Assembly: GCA_036825155.1 (NCBI GenBank)
Contig: DAISYU010000001.1
Location: 17,770 to 81,769 of the forward strand
Origin: Thermodesulfobacteriota bacterium
Lineage (GTDB): Bacteria; Desulfobacterota; Desulfomonilia; UBA1062
Length of the DNA stretch: 64,000 nt
Reading direction: 5' to 3'
Of this stretch, positions 41,016 through 50,993 are shown in pieces; position 1 is the first letter of the stretch; every line of letters begins with the position of its first letter. Made by a program: the position numbers and the translations under genes. The notes beneath the pieces were generated by a model, which was not told the DNA's origin, ran no database searches, and was given only the letters and a program-made list of their open reading frames with translations.

Positions 41016-41329
41016 CAAAACCTCCTGATACAATGATATACGTATGAGTATAAGGTCAATAAACTGAATATGGTAGGGGCGGCGGAAAAATATCCAATAA
41101 ATCAAGATTAATAGGCTGATGTGCTGATGGATCGTTTTCTTCCCGAGGATTCAGCAAGTCAGAATCGGACAGGCACAGTCTGTTTACTCTGTTGGAGCCA
41201 GCCTCATGACATACAGGTCATTACCGGGTAACGATACCGGCTCGTGCCGGCTGCCGGTACAATACCCTTCACTGCCCCAGGGTGCTTGACGCACTACGGG
41301 GCCTGTAGTCCACTATCCAAGAGATGTCC

Positions 41330-42700
41330 TCAGATCAAGCCGATCTTTTTCGCTTCGAAGGTCAGCTCGTCCCTGAAATCGGGATGGGAAATGGAGATAA
41401 GCTTTTTCGTTCTCTTTTCGATGCTCTCATACCTCAGATTTACCGCTCCGTATTCAGTAACGATATATTGCACGTCATTTCGTGAGGTGGTAACAATCGT
41501 GCCGGCAGGAAAAGTGGGCACGATCTTGCTGTGGAGCGTCCCTGCCTTGTTGGTATAGGATGATTTCAGGGCAATGATGCTCTTTCCCCCGTTTGATTTC
41601 CTGGCACCGTGTACAAAGTTTACCTGGCCCCCGGAACCGCTGTACTGCTTGGTGCCGATGGATTCGGCAGCAACCTGTCCGGTCAGATCGATCATCAAGG
41701 CGGTGTTGACAGAGATGAGATTGTCATTCATTGCGATGATGTCCGGGTTATTGACCCACCCGATCTCCTTGAAGTAGAAGTCATCATTCCTGTTGATGAA
41801 ATCGTAGAATTCCTGCGTGCCCACTGCAAAGGCGGATACGATCTTCCCCGGCATGAAGGTCTTCTTCGATCCGTTGATGACACCTTTCTTCATCAGCTCC
41901 ATGACAGATGGTGTGACGATCTCGGAATGCATGCCCAGATCATTCTTGTCGAGCAGCAGGTGTCCTATGGCATTGGCAAGACCGCCGAACCCGATCTGGA
42001 TCGTAGCGCCGTCGGGAATAAGGTCGGCGATGTATTCTGCCATGGTCTTCTCGGTTTGAGAGATCGGTATCTCAGGAAGGGCAAATATGGGGGCATGGTT
42101 CTCGATAATATGGTCCACCTCTGATACGTGGATCTTGAAATCATCGCTTGCAAGCCACGGTGTGTTCTGATTCACCTCGGCTACTACCACGTCACTGCGA
42201 CGGATACATTCTTCATTCGGGCAGAATGAGCCGAAGCAGGACCTGTTCATATACCCATCCTCATCGGGCGGCGTCGCCATGAAGGCAACCTTGTCAAAGG
42301 TCTTGCTTCTGGCAATATCAGGGATTTCGGCAAGATGAAGCGGGACATAGTGGGCAATCCCCCATTCCATGCAGACCCGTTCCATGGGGCCGACAAACAT
42401 GGTCTCGATATTAAAGCTCTCTTTATATTCGGGCTTCATGTATTCATAGAGATCCATTGCATATCCCTGGTAAATGGTGACATTCCTCAATTCAGAGGCG
42501 CGCAGGCCGACGGCATTGGCAAATGCCTTGGGGATACCGGTCCCGCCTCCGATAAAGAGCATATCGTCCGATTGTACCCCGGCTGCGGCTTCCTGAGCAG
42601 TGCATAACTTTGCCTGGTACAGTTCCTGCCAGGATGAGAAATCTCTATCTGAGGGCAATTGTCGAGCTGGTGCGGACTGATTTATATGAACATGCGACAT
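41330..42700 (-). CDS. Acetyl-CoA hydrolase/transferase family protein (second 4-hydroxybutyrate CoA-transferase-like paralogue)
   Basis: IQIGFGG, GMHSE, SGSGGQVNF, VTTSRNDVQYIVTEYG. Confidence 0.93.
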   Translation of the reverse strand: MSHVHINQSAPARQLPSDRDFSSWQELYQAKLCTAQEAAAGVQSDDMLFIGGGTGIPKAFANAVGLRASELRNVTIYQGYAMDLYEYMKPEYKESFNIETMFVGPMERVCMEWGIAHYVPLHLAEIPDIARSKTFDKVAFMATPPDEDGYMNRSCFGSFCPNEECIRRSDVVVAEVNQNTPWLASDDFKIHVSEVDHIIENHAPIFALPEIPISQTEKTMAEYIADLIPDGATIQIGFGGLANAIGHLLLDKNDLGMHSEIVTPSVMELMKKGVINGSKKTFMPGKIVSAFAVGTQEFYDFINRNDDFYFKEIGWVNNPDIIAMNDNLISVNTALMIDLTGQVAAESIGTKQYSGSGGQVNFVHGARKSNGGKSIIALKSSYTNKAGTLHSKIVPTFPAGTIVTTSRNDVQYIVTEYGAVNLRYESIEKRTKKLISISHPDFRDELTFEAKKIGLI

Positions 42701-43034
42701 CGTTTCTCTCCATTCGTCGTTGTAGAATACTATCTCCTGATGGCACGAGAGTTATCAGCGGTCATCAGCATGCATGCGCAGGGCATATAACAACCTCGTA
42801 ATATATATGCAACAAGGGAATGCAGTATTCAGTTATAGTGATGATGTAATGAAACAAGTGAGATTTTTTCCATACAGGTGCATGGCAAATCATGTGGAAT
42901 GAAATCGATGATGCCCGAGAACTTGAAAAATCTGTGAGGGAAATAAAAGGTATCGACTAAGACTCTAATTCGAGCTACTATTCGTTTATAATTTATATGT
43001 CTGTGTTGATGATGCAGTTTCAGGAGGTGATTCC

Positions 43035-43874
43035 ATGCCGGGTATAAATGATTTCAGGGATAAGGTGGTGGTCATCACCGGGGCGGGTTCCGGCATCGGC
43101 CGGGCCACTGCGCTTGCCTTTGCAGACGAGGGTGCGGATCTTGTCATTGCGGATGTTCACGAGGACAGGCTCAATGATGCGGCGACAGAGATCAGGCAGA
43201 GGGGAGCGCGGGTGACCACAAGGGCTGTCGATGTTTCGAAAAAGAAACAGGTGAAAGACCTTGCCAGCTTCGTGATCAGTCAAAAGGGCTGTGTGGACAT
43301 CCTCTACAACAATGCAGGCGTTGCTATCGGTGCCGACTTTGAAAGTACGAGTCTCAAGGAGTTCGAGTGGATCTTCTCCATCAACTTCTGGGGGATGCTC
43401 TACGGCATCAAGGCGTTTTTGCCGTATATGATCGAGCGCAGGACCGGCCATATCGTGAATACCTCGAGCGTTGCGGGCCTGTGTGCCACACCGGGGATGT
43501 CGGCCTACTGTTCCACAAAATTCGCCATTGCCGGGCTCGGTGAGTCGCTGCGGGCAGAGCTGAAAAAGTACAATATCGGTGTGAGCACCATCTGTCCCGG
43601 GGTGATCGATACCAGGATAGTGGCCGACGGCTGCCTGCATCTGAAGGACGGCACCCTCGCCACCAATGAGCGGGTCGTGAATTTTTACCGGCGGTTCGGC
43701 TGGCCGCCCGAGCGGGTGGCCAAAGCCGTGCTGAAGGCCGTGAGGAAGAACAGGTCCGTGGTACCGGTGGGGCCCGAGGCGTGGCTCCAGTGGATCGGAA
43801 AACGCCTTTCCCAGAGGAACCATGACGCCACGGTGGAATTTGTGGGCCGGTTTCTTATGAATGGTAAAAGATAA
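43035..43874 (+). CDS. SDR family oxidoreductase
   Basis: TGAGSGIG, NNAG, NTSS, YCSTK. Confidence 0.95.
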   Translation: MPGINDFRDKVVVITGAGSGIGRATALAFADEGADLVIADVHEDRLNDAATEIRQRGARVTTRAVDVSKKKQVKDLASFVISQKGCVDILYNNAGVAIGADFESTSLKEFEWIFSINFWGMLYGIKAFLPYMIERRTGHIVNTSSVAGLCATPGMSAYCSTKFAIAGLGESLRAELKKYNIGVSTICPGVIDTRIVADGCLHLKDGTLATNERVVNFYRRFGWPPERVAKAVLKAVRKNRSVVPVGPEAWLQWIGKRLSQRNHDATVEFVGRFLMNGKR

Positions 43875-43943
43875 CCGGATTTGTCTGGTATTGGCAGAGA
43901 CGTATTTGCGTCTCTTTCGTAAAACTTTTTTGAGGAGGGACCT

Positions 43944-46604
43944 GTGGAGCATTTCAGGATGTATATCGGGGGGGAGTTTGTAGATTCCGTAACGGGCAGG
44001 ACCAGAGAATCCATTGATCCAGGGACCGGGATACCTTTTGCCACTGTCGCATACGGTGATGTGTCGGATGCCGAGGCAGCCATCGATGAGGCGCGCAGGT
44101 CCTTTGACTCGGGGGTATGGAGCGGCCTTGACCAGGAAGAGCGCTCCAGGGTAATCATGGATTTCTCAGACCGGCTGACGAAATATATCGTGAAGATAGC
44201 CTCATACGAATCCATGGACTCGGGAGGTATAATCAACAGGACCGGGGCCGAGGTGATGGGGGCATCCATGACGGCGAGGAACCTGGCCTGGTACGCCGCA
44301 CATGATTTCAAATGGCACGAGGAGGTCCGCGTCCCTGCATCACTGGCAAGCCCGGGGAGAAATTACATACGCAGGGAACCGGTCGGGGTGTGCGCAGGTA
44401 TTATCCCCTGGAACTTTCCCTTCGGCATGGCCATGTGGAAGATACTCCATGCCATTACCATGGGTAATTCCATAGTCTTGAAACCCGCCTCCGATACCCC
44501 TGTCAGTGCACTCATTATTGCCGAGGTGATCGCCGAGAGCAAGATCCCAAAGGGAGTGGTGAACATCGTAACAGGATCAGGAACCGAGGTCGGCGAAGCT
44601 CTTTGCAGGAGTGAAAAGGTCGACAAGATCGCCTTTACCGGCAGCACCGAGGTGGGGAAAAACATCATGAAAATGGGTGCGGACACCATCAAGAAGGTTA
44701 CGCTGGAGCTCGGTGGTAAATCTGCAAATATCATCCTCCCGGATGCCAACATGGAACTCGCCGTGGACGGCGGCCTGTTCGGCACGTTCTTCCATTCAGG
44801 CCAGATCTGCGAATCAGGTACCAGAATACTCGTGCACGAGAATATCTATGAAGAATATGTCGGACGCTTCATAGCAAAGGCTGCTGAGATAAGGATCGGA
44901 TACCAGCTCGATACCGCAACCCAGATGGGGCCCCTGGTCAGCGAAATACAGAGGGCAACTACTGAGAAGTATGTGAAGATCGGTCTCGAGGAAGGGGCCT
45001 GCCTCGCATACGGTGGGAAGAGGCCTGAGGGCGATCAATACGCATCCGGCTTTTATTACATGCCCACGGTTTTCACTGATGTTAACAACAGGATGCGCAT
45101 CGCCCGGGAAGAGATATTCGGCCCGGTGGTGTGTATCATGCCGTTCAAGGATGATGATGAGGCAGTGTCCATTGCCAATGATTCAATCTACGGACTTGCA
45201 GGCGGCGTATTCGGGAACGATATCGGGCGTGCCGAGAGGATTGCGCACAGGATAAAAACCGGGACCATGTGGATCAATGACTACCATTCCTTTGCCGACC
45301 TCATGCCTTTCGGCGGATACAAGCAGAGCGGCATCGGCAGAGAACTCGGCGGATACGGGCTATCGGAATATACGCAGATAAAACGTGTCCATGTGTGTCC
45401 TCATGCGGGTGGAGCCCAGAAGTATACGTTTCCCATCATGTTCGACTATCCTCAACCATCGGATTCATTCGCGTTTGAAGGTCCAACCAGGGTGATCTCA
45501 GGTCCTGACAGCATCATTGCGCTGCAGTATGAGATCAGCAAACTGAATTGCCGTCGTGCCGTTATCATCACGGACAAGGGGATACGTTCTGCAGGTCTTG
45601 TGGACAAGGTGAACAAGGCCCTGGGCAATCTCTGTATCGGGGTGTTTGACGAGGTGGTGGAGGATTCAGGCTACCTGGTGGTGGACAAGGCAGTAGCGTT
45701 CTGCAGAGACGTGGGTGCTGACATCCTCGTGAGCCTCGGAGGCGGGAGTTCCATCGACACAGCAAAGGCTGTGGCAGTAACCATTACAAACGGGGGGAAG
45801 GCTATAGACAACATCTCCATCTACAAACTCGTGGACCCGCTCATGCCGCATATTGCCATACCCACAACCGCCGGTACCGGGAGCGAGGTGAGCAATATCG
45901 CAGTTATCAAGAATGAAGAGATCGGCCGGAAATTCAACATTGCAGAGTTCCCCATCGCGCCGAATGTTGCCATACTCGATCCGCACATGACCGTTGGCCT
46001 TCCCAGGATGCTCACAGCGGCAACAGGAATGGATGCACTCTCCCATGCCATCGACGGAATGTGTTCGATCATGAGAAATCCTGTATGTACCGGCCATGGT
46101 CTGAATGCTATCCGGATGATCGCGAAATACCTGCCCGTTGCTGTGGAAGACGGTCATGACGTGCATGCGAGGATGCAGATGCAGATTGCCGCGGCAACTG
46201 CTGGATGGGCATTTTCCATTCCATCCACCATACTGACACATTCACTCGCCCACTGTATCGGGGCGAAGTACAAGATCCACCACGGTACCCTGTGCGGTCT
46301 TTTCCTGCCTCATGTCATGAGGTTCAATCGTGACTATTGTCTTGATGAGCTGGCAATGGTGGCCGAAGCCATGGGTGTTAATACAAGCACCATGTCAAAG
46401 ATCGATGCCGCAGCCTCATCAGCGGATGCGGTGGCTGATCTGGCAGACAGAATCGGGATTCCGGCCCGGTTGAGTGACCTGAACATAGCTGAGGCAGATC
46501 TTGACATGATCGCCCTGGATGCCATGACAGAGATCCCCACCCTCGCCAATCCACGCAAGTGCAGCCTGGAACTCATAGCAGAGGTTGTCCGGGGGGCATT
46601 TTGA
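43944..46604 (+). CDS. Fusion of NAD-dependent aldehyde dehydrogenase and iron-containing alcohol dehydrogenase
   Basis: ALDH: IPWNFP, FTGST, LELGGKS, GQICES, EEIFGPV, GGYKQSGIGRE. Fe-ADH: GGGSSID, PTTAGTGSE, DALSH, THSLAH, HHG. GTG start after GAGGAGG. Confidence 0.93.
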   Translation: MEHFRMYIGGEFVDSVTGRTRESIDPGTGIPFATVAYGDVSDAEAAIDEARRSFDSGVWSGLDQEERSRVIMDFSDRLTKYIVKIASYESMDSGGIINRTGAEVMGASMTARNLAWYAAHDFKWHEEVRVPASLASPGRNYIRREPVGVCAGIIPWNFPFGMAMWKILHAITMGNSIVLKPASDTPVSALIIAEVIAESKIPKGVVNIVTGSGTEVGEALCRSEKVDKIAFTGSTEVGKNIMKMGADTIKKVTLELGGKSANIILPDANMELAVDGGLFGTFFHSGQICESGTRILVHENIYEEYVGRFIAKAAEIRIGYQLDTATQMGPLVSEIQRATTEKYVKIGLEEGACLAYGGKRPEGDQYASGFYYMPTVFTDVNNRMRIAREEIFGPVVCIMPFKDDDEAVSIANDSIYGLAGGVFGNDIGRAERIAHRIKTGTMWINDYHSFADLMPFGGYKQSGIGRELGGYGLSEYTQIKRVHVCPHAGGAQKYTFPIMFDYPQPSDSFAFEGPTRVISGPDSIIALQYEISKLNCRRAVIITDKGIRSAGLVDKVNKALGNLCIGVFDEVVEDSGYLVVDKAVAFCRDVGADILVSLGGGSSIDTAKAVAVTITNGGKAIDNISIYKLVDPLMPHIAIPTTAGTGSEVSNIAVIKNEEIGRKFNIAEFPIAPNVAILDPHMTVGLPRMLTAATGMDALSHAIDGMCSIMRNPVCTGHGLNAIRMIAKYLPVAVEDGHDVHARMQMQIAAATAGWAFSIPSTILTHSLAHCIGAKYKIHHGTLCGLFLPHVMRFNRDYCLDELAMVAEAMGVNTSTMSKIDAAASSADAVADLADRIGIPARLSDLNIAEADLDMIALDAMTEIPTLANPRKCSLELIAEVVRGAF

Positions 46605-46782
46605 TCATCTCAGTGTTCTCACCCGGATCTGGACACGCTATAAAAAAGGGAGATCGCCCTGGGTGTCATATGAACGCGTAATGATATGCCTGCTGATGAC
46701 AAGCAAAGTTCAAGTATACATAAGTTCTTAAGAATATTTAGATATAGATGCGGAGTGTTTTAATAACTTTTCTGGAGGGAAG

Positions 46783-47829
46783 ATGTCTGAAAAACAGAGC
46801 AAGGTTATGAATGCGAAAGATGCCGTCAGCCGTTTCGTGCATGACGGTGATCATCTGGTTATCGGCAACTATACCGTCGGGACCTGCGCAGAGCTTGCAT
46901 TCGAGATCATCCGTCAGGGAATCAAAGGGCTTACCCTGTATTCCCAGTCAGGGGTTTTTGACGTGGAGGTCCTGGTGGGTGGCGGATGTGTGGACAGATT
47001 GGTTTCCACCTATGTGTATCGTGCAGGAGGGAAAGAAGGGGGTTCTGCGGTTGAGCGTGCAATCAAGGCAGGAACCCTGGAGATGGAGGACTACACGAAT
47101 TTCCAGTACAACGCCCGAATGGAGGCAGGCAAGCATGGGTTCAGCTTCATGCAGGTGCTGGAAGGACCCATGGTGACGGACCTGTTCAAGAAACGCACCT
47201 TTATGGGAGATGACAAGTACAGGGTGATCACGTGCCCGTATACGGGTAAGGATATTCTCACGGTTACGGCTGCAACGCCTGATGTATGTATCGTGCACGT
47301 CCAGCGGGCTGACAGGTTCGGCAACGCTCAGTACTGGGGCGCCCTGGGCAGCGTTGCAGCTGCAGCCCTGGCCAGCAAGCGGATTGTGATCTCGTGCGAG
47401 GAGATTGTGGAGCACGATGTGATCCAGTCCAGTCCCCACCTGACCATCATACCTGCGTATCGCGTCGATGCGGTCGTCGAGGTTCCCTGGGGTGCACATC
47501 CCACAGAGGTGCTCGGCTACTACAACCTGGACCGTCTCATGTATGCGATGTTCTTCATCTCGGACATGACCGGAGACGGACTGAAGGCATGGATGGATGA
47601 ATGGGTGTACGGATGCAGGAACCGGGAAGCCTACATCGATCATTACCTGGAGAAATTCGGCGCGGGAATGCTCAATGACATCAGGGCAAAATCCTACTTT
47701 TCCGCACCGGCGAACTATGGATCGGCATTTACCTCCTGCTGGGACCTTGAAGACAAGGAACGAACCCTGGGTATTACCCTGGAAGAGATGGAGAAGATCC
47801 TGGAAGAAAGGGGGATGCTCTATGGCTAA
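46783..47829 (+). CDS. Two-subunit CoA transferase, alpha subunit (glutaconate CoA-transferase-like)
   Basis: VHDGD, PDVCIVHVQRADRFGNA, VVEVPWGAHP; GGAGG RBS. Confidence 0.88.
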   Translation: MSEKQSKVMNAKDAVSRFVHDGDHLVIGNYTVGTCAELAFEIIRQGIKGLTLYSQSGVFDVEVLVGGGCVDRLVSTYVYRAGGKEGGSAVERAIKAGTLEMEDYTNFQYNARMEAGKHGFSFMQVLEGPMVTDLFKKRTFMGDDKYRVITCPYTGKDILTVTAATPDVCIVHVQRADRFGNAQYWGALGSVAAAALASKRIVISCEEIVEHDVIQSSPHLTIIPAYRVDAVVEVPWGAHPTEVLGYYNLDRLMYAMFFISDMTGDGLKAWMDEWVYGCRNREAYIDHYLEKFGAGMLNDIRAKSYFSAPANYGSAFTSCWDLEDKERTLGITLEEMEKILEERGMLYG

Positions 47830-48646
47830 GAAATACACGCTTGATGAACTGCTGATTATCACCGCTGCACGGGAGATCCATGATTACGAGAACATTATCC
47901 TGGGAGTAGGGCTGCCAACCACTGCAGGGGCACTGGCCAAGGCCATTCACGCACCGCATGCAACACTCATGATGGAATCGGGTATCATAGACTTCGAGCC
48001 GCTGGTTCCACCGAATCATATTGCCGATGCCCATTCATGCAGGGGATTTTCCTATGCCACCGATCTGTTTTCAGCCTTTACCATGACCTACAGGGGATTT
48101 GTGGATGTATGTTTCCTCGGTGTGGCTCAGATTGACAAGTACGGCAACATAAACACCACGGCGATCGGCGACTACTACAAGCCGAAGCTGAGGCTGACGG
48201 GCTCCGGCGGGGCGGCTGATTTCATCTCCTACGCAAGGCGAACCATCCTGACCATGCGTGGTGGGGAATTCGTGGACAAGCTGGACTATTTCACCTCACC
48301 GGGTTACCTCGACGGCGGGGACAGCAGGGAGAGGGCCGGCCTCTTTCCCCCCGGGTCCGGGCCGTCCATGCTGCTGACCACAAAAGGGGTGTTTCGTTTT
48401 GATGAGCAGACAAAGGAGATGTATCTTGCCAGGACACATCCGGGAATGAGTATAGATGACATCAGAAAGGATATCCCCTGGGAGTTGAAGATTGCAGACG
48501 ATGTCTCCACCACTGACAGGCCTACAGATGAGGAGATTACCTTTATCAGGCGGTTCGCTCCCACCGAAGTGGTGGGAAGAAAGCTGATGTTCGAACTCGG
48601 GCTGGCCAATGCCGCCAGGAAAGCCCAGGAAAAGAATAACGGATAG
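47822..48646 (+). CDS. Two-subunit CoA transferase, beta subunit
   Basis: Start MAKKYTLDEL at ATG 47822 overlapping the alpha stop; catalytic-type MESG, LGVAQIDKYGNINTT, GSGGA, FTSPG. Confidence 0.9.
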   Translation: MAKKYTLDELLIITAAREIHDYENIILGVGLPTTAGALAKAIHAPHATLMMESGIIDFEPLVPPNHIADAHSCRGFSYATDLFSAFTMTYRGFVDVCFLGVAQIDKYGNINTTAIGDYYKPKLRLTGSGGAADFISYARRTILTMRGGEFVDKLDYFTSPGYLDGGDSRERAGLFPPGSGPSMLLTTKGVFRFDEQTKEMYLARTHPGMSIDDIRKDIPWELKIADDVSTTDRPTDEEITFIRRFAPTEVVGRKLMFELGLANAARKAQEKNNG

Positions 48647-48958
48647 GTGTGGAGTACCGGGGCCTGATCCTGAGAAAAAGGGCAAAAAAATAGCCAGAAG
48701 AATGTTTCAGATGTAAGGCATAGATTTAGGAAGGCTATGCCCCTTCTTCTGGCGAAAAGGAGGTCTCTCTTTAGAAGAGAGCTTGATAGTATAGTCGAAT
48801 ATTTGTGTTTGAGAGTAAATCAGCGGTTTGATGAAAAACGTGTAGTATTATATTTCTACATAATGTGGTCGTTTGTCTTACTTTTGGCATTGTTTTCATG
48901 TATGGTGAATTATCTAAGGCTTGCGCCTCTGAGGTAATCATGAAAGGAGAATCGTACC

Positions 48959-50020
48959 ATGACGGATATATATGAGCAATTGCGCAGGCGCCTCGATGAA
49001 ATGGCCACGGGATATCCCGCGACCGAAAGCGGTGTGGAGATCAGGCTGCTGAAACAGCTGTTCCGTCCGGAAGATGCCCGGATGTTCCTCTCAATGAGTA
49101 CATACGCACAGACTGCCCGTGAAATTGCGGAGAGGACAGGGACAGATACGGACACCACTGCAGCAGTGCTTGAGGATATGGCGCTTCGAGGGCTTGTATT
49201 CAGAGAACGCACAGAGGGGATGAGCTACTACCGGGCGATCCCTTTTATTGTCGGGATCTATGAGTTTCAGATCAATGCCCTCGATGGGACGATGCTCAAG
49301 AACGTTTCCGAGTACTATCTGTCGGGATTGGGTCAGTCGTTCCACTCCCTGAAGACCCCGCACCTGCGCACGATCCCTATCAACAGGGACCTGGTGTCGA
49401 AGTGGCCTGTTGCAACCTATGACGATGCAGTCTCGATTATTGAGAGAAAAGACCGCATTGCCGTGGCCCCGTGTCTCTGCCGCAAGGCGGTCCGTATGTA
49501 CTCTAAAGGCTGTGACCACCCACTGGAGACCTGTCTTCAGTTTGATACGTTCGCGGATTACTATGTGGACAACTCCATGGCACGCTACATTACCAAGGAT
49601 GAGGCTCGTGCCATCCTTGCCCGCAGCGAGAAAGAGGGCCTGGTTATCCAGACTGCGAATTCCAAAGAGGTGGAGGCCATGTGTTCCTGCTGTTCCTGCT
49701 GCTGCGGCATGCTTATCTCGCTCAAGCTGTTCCCTGCGCCGGCCCGCGAAGTGAAGAGCAACTATGTCTGCACCTCGAATGAAGGTTCGTGCACCCTCTG
49801 CGGTATGTGCGTCAAGCGCTGCCCCGTTGATGCCGTTGAACTTCTTGAAGAACATGCACATACCCATGAAGAACGCTGCATAGGGTGCGGGCTGTGCGTG
49901 AGCACCTGTCCTGCCGAAGCACGAACCCTTACAAGGAAGCCTGAAGAGAAGATCTATACCCCTGCGGATACGTTTTTCGACACCTTTGAACAGATGTGCG
50001 AGGAGCGCGGCAGGGATTAA
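48959..50020 (+). CDS. 4Fe-4S binding protein with N-terminal winged-helix-like region
   Basis: PCLCRK, CSCCSCCC, and two CxxCxxCxxxCP motifs at the C-terminus; 353 aa. Confidence 0.88.
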   Translation: MTDIYEQLRRRLDEMATGYPATESGVEIRLLKQLFRPEDARMFLSMSTYAQTAREIAERTGTDTDTTAAVLEDMALRGLVFRERTEGMSYYRAIPFIVGIYEFQINALDGTMLKNVSEYYLSGLGQSFHSLKTPHLRTIPINRDLVSKWPVATYDDAVSIIERKDRIAVAPCLCRKAVRMYSKGCDHPLETCLQFDTFADYYVDNSMARYITKDEARAILARSEKEGLVIQTANSKEVEAMCSCCSCCCGMLISLKLFPAPAREVKSNYVCTSNEGSCTLCGMCVKRCPVDAVELLEEHAHTHEERCIGCGLCVSTCPAEARTLTRKPEEKIYTPADTFFDTFEQMCEERGRD

Positions 50021-50026
50021 GGCTTA

Positions 50027-50971
50027 CTACGGATGCTTGCTCTCACTGTTTTTCTGCCGGTAGCGGATCAGCCGGAAGAACGAGCCCCAGAACCAGTGGG
50101 TCAGTTTGTGCAGGTGTATGCCGATACCTTGCCCGAAGATGGTCCAGCCCAGTTTGCGATGCCACTTGATGAACAGACCGAAATGGCTGCTGGAGACCTT
50201 GCCCCCTCTGATGTACCAGCATTTGGGTGCGAGCTTCGGTTTCCACTTGCCGGTGATGACCTTCAAGACTTCCAGGGCGGCCAGGCTTACCGCCATCCAT
50301 TCCACAGTACAGATGAGGGCAAGGGGCCGTTTTCCGAGGAAATAATCCCAGAACCAGTCTACACGCCAGTCTCCCGCGGTGATGAAGTTGTATTGCGCAC
50401 ACCGGTACTCCCGGGAATGCACGACCTGTTTCAGCCCGTTGTAGTTGAGCGTGGGCACGCCGAATACATCCTCGATGGTCGGGGTTTCCGGTGTAAAGAC
50501 GCTGATCCATCCGATGGATCCGGACGGCAGGCACAGTACGGCAGGTTTCTCAAGTTTCCTGGCAGCCCGGAAGATGAGGACGCTGTATGAAAGGTCATCC
50601 ACTGCAGGGATCACCACGTCGCATTGCTCGATCAGTTGATCCAGGTCTTCTTCAGTGGGGAGCGTGTGGAACGAGGTAACCTGTGCAGCGGGGTTGATTT
50701 TCAGAATTGTCTCGGACATCAGGGTGATCTTGTTTTCGCCTATCGTATCTGTGAAGCATCCGATCTGACGGTTCATGTCACCGGCCTCGTATATGCCCTG
50801 GCCGGCAAGGATAAAATGTTCAACCCCGCACCGAGACAGCAGTAATGCAAGCGTCTCGCCGGAACCGCTGTCGCCGATGATCAGCACCTTAACAGACCTG
50901 ATACGTTCCTGATCATCCTCGGTGAAGACCCCGTAGTTTCGTTCGAACAGGGCCTTGTACGTCAGGTCCAT
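50027..50971 (-). CDS. ThiF/HesA/MoeB (E1-like) family protein, degenerate nucleotide-binding motifs
   Basis: RNYGVFTE..Q.RI..KVLIIG start; P-loop reads GDSGSG; EAGDMNRQ replaces DxxxxSNxNRQ; Trp-rich C-terminal extension. Confidence 0.85.
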   Translation of the reverse strand: MDLTYKALFERNYGVFTEDDQERIRSVKVLIIGDSGSGETLALLLSRCGVEHFILAGQGIYEAGDMNRQIGCFTDTIGENKITLMSETILKINPAAQVTSFHTLPTEEDLDQLIEQCDVVIPAVDDLSYSVLIFRAARKLEKPAVLCLPSGSIGWISVFTPETPTIEDVFGVPTLNYNGLKQVVHSREYRCAQYNFITAGDWRVDWFWDYFLGKRPLALICTVEWMAVSLAALEVLKVITGKWKPKLAPKCWYIRGGKVSSSHFGLFIKWHRKLGWTIFGQGIGIHLHKLTHWFWGSFFRLIRYRQKNSESKHP

Positions 50972-50993
50972 TGTCCCCCCTCAGGGAATTTCA

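Noticed and set aside
43944-46604. Labelling the fusion adhE
   Set aside because: The ALDH half has non-acylating family motifs, so the adhE symbol would mislead.
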